Shown here one piece after another: positions 63,898 through 64,000 of a DNA stretch of 64,000 bases. Position 1 is the stretch's first letter. Every line of letters starts with the position of its first letter. The stretch spans positions 18,628 to 82,627 of the forward strand of contig CAZPUS010000011.1 in the NCBI GenBank assembly GCA_964589825.1, read 5' to 3'. Below the pieces are notes generated by a model that had not been told where the DNA came from, searched no databases, and worked only from the letters and a program-made list of their open reading frames with translations. This DNA is from an uncultured Fibrobacterota bacterium. GTDB lineage: Bacteria; Fibrobacterota; Chitinivibrionia; Chitinivibrionales; WJKA01. The position numbers and the translations under genes are program-made.

Positions 63898-64000
63898 AAC
63901 CGATTCGATATCATGGGGGTTATGCTGTTTTGCTTCGTGTGACGACCGGCATAAGCGTCGTATCGCGTTTGAACCGCTTTCCGTTTTTGCGTAGTCTGCG

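Noticed and set aside
1-64000. tRNA, rRNA, tmRNA, RNase P RNA, SRP RNA, transposase, integrase, phage or toxin-antitoxin genes.
   Set aside because: Scanning the spacers by eye found no T-loop (GGTTCGAATCC-type) or other diagnostic cores. No ORF has transposase, integrase or phage hallmarks. Absence is provisional until tRNAscan-SE and Infernal are run.

Overview
This 64-kb window is a chromosomal segment of a diderm (Gram-negative-type) bacterium. The lineage cannot be fixed without a database search. It splits into two parts.

Bases 1-36.6 kb carry mostly housekeeping genes in short operons: pgsA, a DUF1343/NamZ-like gene overlapping a sugar-nucleotidyltransferase gene, rpsU, a SpoU methyltransferase, an MFS transporter, a 968-aa beta-helix/beta-barrel outer-membrane protein, lepB, an IMPase-family gene, panB, ssb, the yceD-rpmF-plsX-fabD-fabG-acpP-fabF-rnc operon (no fabH), trmFO, topA, a stand-alone IMP-cyclohydrolase domain, a CaCA antiporter, an Rrf2 regulator, nadA, metA, cysE and a 744-aa Slt-type lytic transglycosylase.

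Bases 36.9-63.9 kb are one uninterrupted minus-strand array of 20 genes. In transcription order these are two paralogous predicted outer-membrane proteins, two >1000-aa TPR proteins, a small secreted protein, exbB-exbD-exbD, a TonB_C/AgmX-like protein, Wza and Wzc, a methyltransferase, seven glycosyltransferase genes (one a GT2-GT4 fusion) and a Wzy/O-antigen-ligase-like polymerase.

Two things stand out:
1. A ~163-bp element with terminal inverted repeats occurs 12 times in the intergenic spacers, in both orientations. Several copies have 4-nt flanking direct repeats, and one insertion has visibly rewritten the 3' end of a glycosyltransferase gene. This behaves like a very dense MITE family.
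2. The TPR / ExbB-ExbD / TonB-like / outer-membrane-protein module is joined without a break to a Wza-Wzc exopolysaccharide locus. That suggests a proton-motive-force-driven envelope machine coupled to polysaccharide export, by analogy with Myxococcus Agl-Nfs/Exo. This is inference only.

I saw no rRNA, tRNA, CRISPR array, transposase or prophage genes. All family assignments come from motif recognition by eye, not from searches.
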